Below are positions 50,471-62,399 of a stretch of 64,000 bases of DNA, piece after piece. The number at the start of each line of letters is the position of its first letter. The stretch's first letter is position 1. The position numbers were made by a program, and so were the translations under genes. Source of the stretch: Octopus sinensis (lineage: Eukaryota); contig NC_043011.1 of NCBI RefSeq assembly GCF_006345805.1, positions 41,552,464 through 41,616,463 of the forward strand, given 5' to 3'. The notes beneath the pieces were generated by a model. The model saw only the letters and a list, made by a program, of their open reading frames with translations. It was not told the origin of the DNA and ran no database searches.

Positions 50471-51109
50471 GATTACTCTTATTAAGATGATGATAACTTA
50501 GACAGCAATTGGTCAAGTGATTAGAATATTAACTAGACTGTCTTGTGGTATTCATTATGATTCTCTGGGGTTTGAGTTCAAATCCTGTGAAGGCCACTGT
50601 TGACTTGCATTCTTTTGGGAGACAAAAATGAGGTCAAAGTCTAGAAGCAGGGAGTGCTGGAATTTTTAGACTGTTGTGGCATCTGTTCTAGTTTGTTGCT
50701 TTCTGGTGCCAATGGGCCGTTGTTAATTATCCAGCCACTAAAACAACCCTGTCCAATTGAGTGGTGATTTAAAAATATTTTAGAGCCCCATGGGAAAAAC
50801 AATGCTCTGAGGCCCCTACTTACACAACCACAGCATAAACAGATTAGTATTGGGTCCCCTTAGGGTACCTGGGCAACTTCCAAGTGTACCCCATGTATTT
50901 AGAGCCTATTGATCCAACCTATAATTAGCCAAACTGGACAGGTAGATCTAAGCTGTTGACAGCATCTTGAGGCCTCATCCAACATTCAATCAACCGTGGC
51001 TGATTGGAACTTCTTGTTTTTTATTGAGTCCAAAACACTGACTTATTCGAAGAAGAGGAATCAAATCTTGGTGGGATTTTAATGCAAAGCATAAGGCCAT
51101 TAGTTTCAT

Positions 51110-51304
51110 CTACCTGCCTGCCTGTCTATCTGCCTGTCTGTCTATCCATCCATCTGCCCATCTGTCTGTCTATCCAAATGTGCACGCACACATGCACAGA
51201 GGCAAGCACATATACAGATATATACACACACATGCATACATGTCTGCCTGTCTGTCTGTCTGCCCATCTGTCTCCATCTTTGTATGCCTATCAGTCTGTC
51301 TTTG

Positions 51305-51342
<38 letters not shown>

Positions 51343-51990
51343 ACCATCAACTAACCTGTGTCCCCCCCCCATCTCATCTCCCTAAATTTGCAACTCTTTA
51401 ATATCTCCTCCTCCTTTTCCTCCTCATTCATCTTCTTTTCCCTTATTTCCTTCCTCACCCCTTCTTCCTACATATTCTCCTGGTCTCTCTCTCTCTCTCA
51501 TTTCTCTAACCGTTCTATCACTTCCTTCACCCTCCTTTATTACCTTTACTTTCTCTATTCTCTCATTTTTATTCCCTCAGTCCTACACTCTCTGTTTCTC
51601 ACCCTCTCTCTCTCTCTCTCTCATGTCCTTTCTCACTATTTCTTGAATTTTTCTCCCTTTCTCCATCTCTCTTTCCTTTTGCATCTCTCCTTTTATTAAG
51701 TCAACTTTCTTTATCACTATTTTTTCCTTTCTCTTACACACACACACACACTCTCTCTCTCTTTCTTTCTCTCTCTCTCTCTGTTTACTGACTCACTCTC
51801 TTTGTTTTACTCACTCCCACTCTTTCACTCCCTCTCTCTGCTTGACTCCATCTACACACACAGCAGCTCCCCTCTCTTTGTTTTACTCTCTCTCTCTCTT
51901 TCACTCTTCCACTTTGTCTACAAACTCATTCACCTCCCTCCCTTTCTATTTGTTTTACTCACTGCCTCTTTTTCTTTCACTCTCTCTCCC

Positions 51991-52027
<37 letters not shown>

Positions 52028-52450
52028 CATCACATGACACCAAGATTTCTCTCCATCTTCAGACAACATTCAGACGATATTTCCCTAAAACTATACTCTC
52101 ACTAATATTCCTAACAAATTTTTCATTGAAACAACCCTAAAACATTTCACATCATCTCTTTTTTTCCATAAACCTTCATTATTTCTTCTCATTTCTCTCC
52201 ATTTCCTCTCTTTTCTCCCTTTTCTTTCTCTCCAATTCCCCTCTGCTTCATCTCCATTTTTCCCTCTATTTTTTCCTCTCTCCATATTTTCATCATTTTT
52301 TTTCTTTTCTCTATTTTATTCTACTTTCTATGATTGCACAGTATTTATTTTATTTCATTTCATTTACCTTTCATTTTATTTTCTGCATCATATGATGTCC
52401 TCACCACTGCTACCACAATCATCCTCGTCATCATCATCATCATCATCGTT
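51110..52450. repeat. C/T-rich low-complexity tract
   Basis: (CT)n, (CTGT)n and (CA)n mosaics. Confidence 0.9.
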
Positions 52451-52749
52451 ATCTTAATTGTTGCCGCCATTCAATAAATCTGTTGATTAGCCTTTTTAAC
52501 TCTCTGTTAACGATCAGCTTAATACCACCTCGCTTCATTGCATTTTGCTTCAATCTCTACTGCCACCTCTCCACCCCCCCACCTCTCACTCCTTACACAG
52601 CCATCAGATATTACAAACATCTTATGAAAAAGGCATGCATGCCACTACTTCTCTATTCAAACTTGCAATGTTGAGTCTGATAATTTTTCTGATAATTGAG
52701 CAGCACTAAATCAGAGAGAAACATGAAAACGAGGGGTTTCTGTCGTGGT

Positions 52750-53145
52750 ACCGCGAGCTGGCAGAAACGTTAGCATGCCGGGCGAAATGCGTAGCCGTAT
52801 TTCGTCTGTCGTTACGTCCTGGGTTCAAATTCTGCCGAGGTCGACTTTGCCTTTCATCCTTTCGGGGTCGATAAATTAAATACCAGTTACGCATTGGGGT
52901 CGATGTAATCTACTTAATCTGTGTGTCTGTCCTTGTTTGTCATCTCTGTGTTTAGCCCCTTGTGGGTAGTAAAGAAATAGGTACCATTGTGGCTGTTTGG
53001 TAAGATGTGTACTTTCTAGCTGCCCAATTCTAGGTTCAGTCCCACCAAGTGGCACCTTGGGGGAAGTGTCTTCTACTATAGCTTCAAGGCTGACCAGAGC
53101 CTTGGGAGTGGATTTGAGAGATGGAAACTGAAAGAAGCCCATTGT
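52750..53145 (+). mobile_element. Family-A SINE (52750-52978) followed by a family-B head (52985-53145)
   Basis: Consensus motifs. Confidence 0.88.
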
Positions 53146-53489
53146 GTGTGTGTGAGTGAGTGAGAGAGAAAGAGAGAGAGTGCATGTGTGTATATAGATA
53201 TGAGACAAAGAGATGACGCAGGAAAAACACTGATTCATAACAACCATTATTTTTCCTGTCATCTCTCTTATTCCTACCCTATACTTATTTAACACTTTGT
53301 TCTAAAACAGATGTATATTGAGTTCTACATCAGGTTATTAGTCTTACACTATGGAAGATGGTAGGGATTATAAATTTAATGACTTAATAGAGTTGTCACT
53401 GTTTAGTTATGTATTTAAGAGAAGTTGTAATTTACTTATGGAATTTATTTACCGATTCAGTTGTACATACTCTTTACTCTTTTTACTGT

Positions 53490-53679
53490 TTTTAGTCATT
53501 TGACTGCGGCCATGCTGGAGCACCACCTTTAATCGAGCAACTTGACCCCGGGACTTATTCTTTTGTAAGCCCAGTACTTATTCTATCGGTCTCCTTTGCC
53601 GAACCGCTAAGTAATGGGGACATAAACACACCAGCATCGGTTGTCAAGCAATGCTAGGGGGACAAACACAGACACACAA

Positions 53680-53716
<37 letters not shown>

Positions 53717-53878
53717 CGACGAGCTTCTTTCAGTTTCCGTCTACCAAATCCACTCACAAGGCTTTGGTCGGCCTGAGGCTATAGTAGAAGACACTTGCCC
53801 AAAGTGCCACGCAGTGGGACTGAACCTGGAACCACGTGGCTGGTAAACAAGCTACTTACCACACAGCCACTCCTGTGC
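53490..53878 (-). mobile_element. Near-complete, low-divergence family-B SINE
   Basis: On -: ggagtggctgtgtggtaagtagcttg..ggttcagtcccactgcgtggc..gggcaagtgtcttctactatagc...ggtgctccagcatggccgcagtcaaatgact. Confidence 0.92.
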
Positions 53879-54129
53879 CTATACAAAGGGTAAATGTGTT
53901 TGAAAGTTGTGGTTTCTTTGGTTTGTTTGTTCCCAAACAACTCTTATTTTAGTGCTGTTGACACCACCAGATTGAATGGTACTGCTCAGGTGTCGAAACC
54001 ATAATGATATCTGTGGGGCAGCTGATGATGGAGATATGTTGGATTGTTCATATGGCTGTTTTTGTATATGTAGATTAGTATTATTGGATTGTTGGTATGG
54101 CTGTGGAATAGTATTAAAACACATCCTTT

Positions 54130-54184
<55 letters not shown>

Positions 54185-54559
54185 AATATAGGTGGAATCA
54201 ACAAAAAATGTACTCAATCTAGTGAGAGATAAATATCAATTATAAAAAAGTTACAAATAGTTTTATGCTTTTACAATACTTTAAATTGATAAATTTATAA
54301 AACACGCCTTGCATCTCTATGCTGTCTTTCAGGCTCTGTTTATGCATTGTGTGTTTGTCCCTCAGCATCACTTGACAACCAGTGTTGGTGTATTTACATC
54401 CCTGTAGTGATTAGGCAAAAGAAACTGACAGAATAAATATAAGGCTTTAAAAAACCCCAGCATGGCGGCAGTCCAAGTGAAAAGTGAACGATTTTATTTA
54501 ATTAGAGATAATTATGTGTTGATTAAAAGACATCCATGGGGTGCTCATACCTGTTCTAG

Positions 54560-54595
54560 GCCAACTGAGAAAGTTATTAGAGCCCAGTATATACG
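54560..54595 (+). CDS. Candidate 36-nt symmetric micro-exon
   Basis: Acceptor gctcatacctgttctag|, donor ACG|gtgagt. Open as xPTEKVIRAQYIx or xQLRKLLEPSIYx. Confidence 0.3.
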
Positions 54596-55390
54596 GTGAG
54601 TCTTTCAACCATCTTATATTCCAGGGTTACTCCCTCTCTATCTTGATTTTGTTCCACTAGGGTTACTGGCTTTCTTTTGCCCTCCTCAAAAGCCAACTCT
54701 GCCTGGATTTGCAACAGGGGTGCTAAAGTCATTTGACAAGACCTTTAAGGGCCAGATAGGAACAAGTATTCCTAAAAACCCTATTTGTAATATAGGCTAA
54801 AGTAATCGAATAAAGGAGGTCACTATGTATACCAATTTTACTAACAATAAAGAAAGGAAAGAATGTGAAGTGTTAGTATCATTTGGGTGTAGAGACGTGT
54901 GAAGAAAATCTCATGCACATGGTATGGGTGTGTGTATATATGTGTGTGTGCACGTGCACACACACACAGCTCTTATTTAGAGTCCACAGAGTGAGGTCAG
55001 AGATAGAAATTGTCCAAATGAATGCATACAGTTGAAGATCACCGATTGATAGAAAGCTTGCACTGTTTCAATTGCAAGACCTAGTTTTAATCTTGTTTAT
55101 ATCACCTGAATCTCTTCTAACAAACTTATGCATAAATTTGCAGAGAGAGAGAGAGAGAAACTTCCATTTTATTTGGCATGTATTAGCAAAGTGAAGGGGA
55201 AATAGATCACAGCTTTTAGTATATGGATTCACAAACTTCATTTTCATTGGTTGTGATAACAAAAGATACCCTAAAGTGCACTAGTTTCACTTATTGGAAC
55301 TGGTGAGCTGTGAATTAAAACACATGTTACTGATTTCTATTTTACAGAAATAATAATAATAATAATAATAATGATAATAATAATGGTTTT

Positions 55391-55680
55391 AAATTTTGTG
55401 AGAATTTGGAGTATGGAAACTCTAAATGTTGTGCCTGTAACAATTGGTGCATTGTTAGGGACTGTGAGTAACATTATGGACAAATGATTAGAGGGGATTG
55501 GATTAGAATGTCCAGTAGAGTTTCTGCAGAAAGTTTGCCTCTTAGGAACAAGAAAGATTATCAGAAGGGTTTTGAATATTTGAAAGATTATCGAAAGCTT
55601 GTGGATGTCTAAGGTCACGAGTAGTAACCAGCTACTTACTTGAATGCTATCAGGGATAAGACCAAACCCAAGTCAAATCG
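55391..55680 (+). mobile_element. R4/Dong-type (RLE endonuclease) non-LTR retrotransposon 3' fragment in (TAA)n
   Basis: Translates VRIWSMETLNVVPVTIGALLGTVSNIMDK*LEGIGLECPVEFLQKVCLLGTRKIIRRVLNI*, matching the V.PVVIGALG...LQK..LLGT..I.RR.L C-terminus of R4-clade ORFs. Confidence 0.75.
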
Positions 55681-56561
55681 AATAATAATAATAATAATAG
55701 AGAAGGGCATTATCGCTGTGAAAACAACATCCATTCATGAATCTGGGAATACAATGAGCTTCTCTGCCCTAGGTGTACGGAAAACACTCGGCGAGAAAGG
55801 ATAATAATAATGGTTTCAAATTTTGTAAGAATTTGGAGTAAGGAAACTGCAAATGTTGTAATACATAAGTTGACTGTAACTTCGAAGTTTCACCAAAGTG
55901 GCTTATCAAACAATTTACATATTATTGTTTTAATGTTTCCATGCCCTCGTGGGTCAAATGGAATTTGAGACAGACTTTCTATGGCCAGATGCCCTTCCGG
56001 TTGCCAGCGCTCACCTGTTTCCAAATAAGGTAAATATTTCCCCATGACTAGACATGCTTTCAAAGAAGATTAAGTAACAGGTAACACTGCTTGTATGGTG
56101 CTGACACTTATTATTTACAGCTCTCAATGTCAAGACAAGGAAACACATACCAATGCACAAACACACAGAGGTTCGTTTCAGTTTCTACTAAATTCCCTCA
56201 CAAGACTTGGGTCCCCCTGAAGATGCTTAAGATGCTTACCCAAGGTACTGTGCAGTGGGACTACATCCAATACCACGGGGGGTTTATAAGCAAAGTTCTT
56301 AACCACACAGCTATTCTTGCACATGTATAATTTACATATACGTTAACTTGAAGTGTACTCAATCCCCTCATGCTCTTAATTAATTTTAACTTCTTAAATT
56401 CTAATTAAAAAATAAATTCTTCTACCTTCCTCAAACACTTTTAGTGTATATGTACTTAGATCTCTTGGTCGCTCTCCGTCTGTCTCCTCTCTCTCGCATC
56501 TCTTTAAGTGCCTCTCTCTCGCATCTCTTTACGTGCCTCTCTCTCTCGTCCATTTACATGC

Positions 56562-56604
<43 letters not shown>

Positions 56605-56949
56605 ACGTGACTGTCTCTCTTCCTCATCCCACAACCATTTCATTTTCTTCTCTCTCCTCGCGTATGTTCTTTTTTTTTTTTTTATTTATCTTTTCCTTTA
56701 CTTTCTCTCTTTATTATTGCCACCACTTACTATATACATGCTGTTATTATTGTTATCGTTGTTGTTGTTTTAACATCGTGAAAATTAAGAAGGCAGGCAG
56801 GGTGAATTTGGGGAAAAGCCATCCTCCACATCTTTCGTTTTCCCCTGGACGTGACTCTGCATTCTTTTTCAACATCCCATCTCGCATTCACCAATTCATT
56901 CATTCATTCATACATACACACAGGTGTGTACGTGTGCGTATGCCTCTCT

Positions 56950-56993
<44 letters not shown>

Positions 56994-57050
56994 GATTGAT
57001 TGATTGATTCTAGTTTCAGCTCATGAGCTGTGGCCATGCTGGGGCACCGC

Positions 57051-57092
<42 letters not shown>

Positions 57093-57374
57093 GCATACGC
57101 ACACATACATGCATACATACACACACACACGAGAGAGAGAGAGAGAGAGGGGGGTGTACACATGCATATGTGTACATGTACTCTCGCTTATGTCGCATCC
57201 CCTCTCACTGCTACTTTGTCGCCGTAACCACCATCACCATCACCATCATCATCATCAGTGTATTCTGAACGTGCAACTCACCTTCACCACCACCACCACC
57301 ACCGCAACCACCAAGCATTAAGCTACCTCTTTCTTTCACTCAGTGTTTCTGCTACTACTGCCACCACCACCACC

Positions 57375-57417
<43 letters not shown>

Positions 57418-57639
57418 ACTACCAATACTACTACTACTAGCCATCATCTGTACAAGTGCAATCATTACCATCATCATAATTGTAATTAAAGACCACCGAC
57501 GTCTGACATGAAACACATCTCTCTCTCTCTTCCTCCCATGCATATCTCTCCTTCTCATTTCTTACTACTCCTCGTTTCTCTCTCTCCCTCTTTCTCCTTT
57601 CACTCTTCGTTTCTTTCTTCCTTCCTCTCACATTTGCTG

Positions 57640-58078
57640 TGTATGTCTCTCTGCCTTTCTCTCTCTCTGTGTATGTCTCTCTGCCTTTCTCTCTCTCTGT
57701 GTATGTCTCTGCCTTTCTCTCTCTCTGTGTATGTCTCTCTGCCTCTGCCTTTCTCTCTCTCTGTGTATGTCTCTCTCCTGCCTTTCTCTCTCTCTGTGTA
57801 TGTCTCTCTACTTTCTCTCTCTCCTCTGTATGTCTCTCTGCTTTTCTCTCTCTCTGTGTATGTCTCTCTGCCTTTCTCTCTCTCTGTGTATGTCTCTGCC
57901 TTTCTCTCTCTCTGTGTATGTCTCTCTGCCTTTCTCTCTCTCTGTGTATGTCTCTCTGCCTTTCTCTCTCTCTGTGTATGTCTCTCTACCTTTCTCTCTC
58001 TCTCTGTATGTCTCTCTGCTTTTCTCTCTCTCTGTGTATGTCTCTCTGCCTTTCTCTCTCTCTGTGTATGTCTCCCTC
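57640..58078. repeat. ~30-bp minisatellite (GTGTATGTCTCTCTGCCTTTCTCTCTCTCT)n
   Basis: About 14 visible units. Confidence 0.95.
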
Positions 58079-58384
58079 CTTGCGTGTGACTCCCTCTACA
58101 TCTTTCTATCTCTCTCTTCCCCCTCTGTTTGTGTGTATCTCTCTCTCTCTCTCTCTCCATCATCGATTTTGATGCTTGTTGCTTGCCGAAACTAACAGCA
58201 GCAGCAGCAGCAACAGCAGTAGTAATAGCAGCAGCAACAGTAGTAGTAGTAGTAGTAGTAGTAACACATAGCCACATGACTAAACATTCTCAGTTAAGTC
58301 ACGACCTAACTTTAACCAGAAGAAACAAGAAAATAAGAACAAACGTCAGTAAATAAACACAAAACCATAACAACATCAACAACA

Positions 58385-58446
58385 ATGTCATCATCATCAT
58401 TATTATTATTATTATCATCATCATCATCACCATCATCATTATCATT

Positions 58447-58478
<32 letters not shown>

Positions 58479-58518
58479 TATTATTATTATTATTATCATC
58501 ACCATCATCATCATCATT

Positions 58519-58556
<38 letters not shown>

Positions 58557-58683
58557 TATTATTATTATTATCATCATCATCATCGCCATCATCATTATTA
58601 TTATTATTATTATTATTATCATCATCATCATCACCATCATCATCATCATTATCATCATCACCATCATCATCACCATCATCATC

Positions 58684-58715
<32 letters not shown>

Positions 58716-58720
58716 CATAC
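58385..58720. repeat. (CAT/TAT/CAC)n trinucleotide array
   Basis: Directly visible. Confidence 0.95.
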
Positions 58721-59530
58721 CAACAGTAATCACAACAATTTTAGCACGAGCACCACAGTAACCTCAAATGCAAAACGACAATAACGGAGCTTTTTATAAA
58801 TGGTCTTTCAATATGCTAGAAATAACTGCTAAATCACACCTTCCCCTCAAATCACTTCCTAGTTTCTTTAAGTTGCAATAACAACAATAACTGCAAAAGA
58901 AAAAATGGAAGGAGAAATTAGTTTTATGTAAGTTGTTAGACGACGTACAATATGTCTAGAATTTGAAACCAGATGGTCACCGCCGCTGGAAAGCTTTGGC
59001 CATAGATCGGGTTGGGAAAGACTGACCTAGGGTTTTAACGGTCACCACTAGCACCACCACCACCACCACCACCACCACCACTACTATTACTATAGAATTT
59101 ACAGTAGGAACTGCGACAAGAACAAAAGTCAGAAGTCTTTTAAATCTGCTTCATCTATGTATGGGTATGCCTGTGTGTGTGTGTGAGTGTGTGTGTGTAT
59201 GGCTGTGTGTGTACGTTCTCCTATACATAAACTTATCGACAGTGCCAATGCAATGTATATATATATATTATATATATATATATTTTTACACGCATGTGTA
59301 TATAATAAATATAGATTTTGTTCCATTTTCTTTCTTTGTATTGAAGGGAATACGTTTGGAATGTGTCATACCTACATACACATACATACCTTTCTCCCTC
59401 CCTCCATCTCTCTCTCTCTCTCACAAACACACACACACAACACATCATACACGCATACTTTCGCGCGCGCATATACAATCATTACGCCAATCATTAGTAC
59501 ATGTATGAATGTATGTATATGGTGTGTGTA

Positions 59531-59570
<40 letters not shown>

Positions 59571-59641
59571 TATGATATATATATATATATATAATATGTG
59601 TGTGTGTGTGTCTCCCGTGCTCTCTCGATATATAGTATGTA

Positions 59642-59682
<41 letters not shown>

Positions 59683-60085
59683 ATATATATAATGTATGTA
59701 TATATATATATAATGTATATATATATATAATGTATATAACAAAAATATTCGCTGAATGAAAGCCTCAATGCAGGTGTAAGTTTACACTGTCAATAAATTT
59801 ATACACACATAATATACCTTTTACTCTTTTTTCATCTCTAGTGATACGACTACGACCACGCTAGCATCATCATCATCATCATCATTAACATATGTATAAT
59901 TGTCGTCAACGAGATACAAGAGAAAAGACTCTTTTTTTTTTTTTTTCAAAAGGCAAGCGTGTGGGCGCGGAAAATGATTGTGAAAGTGTGTGTGTATGTG
60001 TGTGTGTTGTTCTAGTGGACTGAATAGAGGTATATCGATCTGTTGGAAATAGTGGTAGGTAGATAGGGAAAAAGAGATAAAGATT

Positions 60086-60133
<48 letters not shown>

Positions 60134-60755
60134 GAGAGATTTATACATAAAGAGACAAAGAGAGCGCGGGAAAAGAGAGATAAAGTGAAAGTAGAAAGGG
60201 AGAGGCTGTGTAAAGAAAAAATCCGGGAAAAAATGACTACGACGATGATGACAAGACAAATTCAACAGCAACAAATGGTTTTGTTGAATTCTTGTGGACA
60301 TGTAGACGGAGAACTGGAGTATATTAATTAATATCAACAACAACAACACTCGTAACTATTGTAGTAGTAGTTGATATAATTACTACTGCTACCACTACTA
60401 CTACTAATGTCGGAATGAATGGTAGATAACGACAGAAATTGCTTCGTATACATTTGAAGACATAGAAGAGAGGAAGAGACTATATACATGTATATATATA
60501 TTATATGTATGTATGTATAATGTGCTTCCTGTGATTGCGCCCGACCTGTAGTTGATGGGTTTGTTCTCTCTGCTTGTGGCATATGTAACAGGGCTATTAG
60601 TGTGTATGTATGTGTGTGAGTGAATGAATGCGAGGGTGTGTTCTTGGACATAATAATAATAATGTGGTTTAGATCATACCAACGCTTTGATACCAACTGA
60701 AGAAGCGGAGAAACAAAGAGAGAAACGACGAGAGAGAGAGAGAGAGAGAGACTAC

Positions 60756-60786
<31 letters not shown>

Positions 60787-61284
60787 GAGAAAGGAATATT
60801 ATATCAGAGACGACCATGAGAGCAACAAATGGTTTTTATTAATTGCGTCAGTGCTTATCAAACAACTGTTTTACAGAAAAACCTGAGGAATATATTTATT
60901 TATTTATGTATTTATGTGTCTATCTGTGTGTCTATTTAACTATTTAACTAACTGTCGGTCTGTTTTTATTCGCCTTTCCCTGTGCTTGCGTGTCGTGTCG
61001 TGGACATTAGGCACCGTTACAGTTTTTACACCTATCTACCTACCTACCTGGCTGGCTGGTTGGCTACGAGATATGTCGGACAAACATTGATACCAAACGA
61101 AATCTGGGTATGAAGGTGGCCACTTCTATCGCACCCGGCGCCACAACCACCACCACCACCACCAACACAATCTCAACCACATCAATCATCACTACCACCA
61201 ACACCTCCATCCTTAATATAATAATAATAATAACCATCATCATCATCATCACCACCGCCGCCGCCACTACATCTACCCGGAGAT

Positions 61285-61675
61285 ATGAGCCGAGGGAGAT
61301 ACAGGCAAGACAGGGGGGTACCTTCGAGCGCAAGTGGAAGTGCATCCGGGGGCTTCCAGGCTCATAAGATCGAAGAAGAGATCGAAAATTTCGTGGAGAA
61401 TTTCAAACGCAACAACCAGTCGCAGCCTTTGGACAAGGATGCCGTCAGCCTGGAATCTGGCGGCGAATCGTCCGGCCTGCAGAGTTCATTGTGTTCGACC
61501 GACGAATACACAGACGATAGCCCAGAGGAGTTCCCCTCACATCGTTATCTATTGAGGGCCTTCGCGGCCAGAAACAGGAAGTATAGTTCAACCAACACCA
61601 GCACGCGTACCAGTGTTAGCCCGGCATCCTCCCGGAGCGTGGATTGTGGTTCAGAATCATGGATAGACCAGGACG
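61285..61675 (+). CDS. Probable first coding exon (130 codons plus 1 nt) of an unidentified protein with a Ser/acidic-rich, probably disordered N-terminus
   Basis: GC-rich, non-repetitive ORF MSRGRYRQDRG...IEEEIENFVENFKR...SRSVDCGSESWIDQD. ATG is preceded by in-frame stops and has G at -3. Consensus donor GACG|GTGAGT at 61675/61676. Composition turns into microsatellite immediately after the donor. Confidence 0.65.
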
Positions 61676-61779
61676 GTGAGTTGGTCGTCGTCGTCGTCAT
61701 CGTTGTCATCGTGTCGTCCTCTTTCTTCTTCTTTGTTGTTGTTGTTGTTGTTATTGTTGATTGTTGGAGAATGACAAAC

Positions 61780-62290
61780 GATTGATGTTGATGTTGGTGT
61801 AGGGGGTCGATGTCGGGATGGTGGCGATGTGGTGATGTCATGGCTTTGTTGATGACTGGGGCGATGTTGATGTCGAAGTGATGTTGTTCAGGTGATGTAA
61901 TGTTGCTCATTATAGGATGTCGACTACAGTGGGACGGGATGTGAGCTTCGTGCGGATGTTGATGTGAAGTGAGGGTTTTTCACTGTGATGCGATGTTTAT
62001 GTTAGGTGGTATATTTTATGCGATGCTTACTGTGATATTCATGTGATGTGTGATGTGGTGGTTCTGTGCTCTTCATGTGATGTGGGTTGTGATAATTATG
62101 CGATGAGATGTGACGTGATGTTTATATGGTGGTATTCATGTGATATTTATGCGATACAATGATAATTATGTGATGTTTACTTGATGTGATGTGATATTTT
62201 GTAGGATGAAATGTGATGTTTGTGTGACGTTCATGTGATGTTTGTCTGATGTGATATTTATGTGATATCGATATCAAATATTGTTCATGT
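61780..62290. repeat. Degenerate (GATGT)n intronic repeat
   Basis: tgatgtgatgt mosaics. Confidence 0.8.
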
Positions 62291-62399
62291 GATATTAATT
62301 TCTTCTCTCTCATTTGTTGTTGATGTCGACTCGTAGTTAATTAATTAATATTATCAGTTATTAAAGACAAAGCGTAGGAAAAAGAATGAGGAAAGGCAT

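Noticed and set aside
14595-53878. tRNA genes at SINE heads
   Set aside because: A/B boxes are present, but no complete cloverleaf or acceptor stem was seen, and each head continues into a SINE body.
57508-58733. ORFs of 114-225 aa (SLSVYV, ERKAERHT, poly-M/I/S)
   Set aside because: Translations of a 30-bp minisatellite and a (CAT)n array.
60230-60262. FLAG-like DYDDDDK peptide suggesting vector contamination
   Set aside because: It arises from a (GAC/GAT)n microsatellite, lacks the K of DYKDDDDK, and has no vector context.
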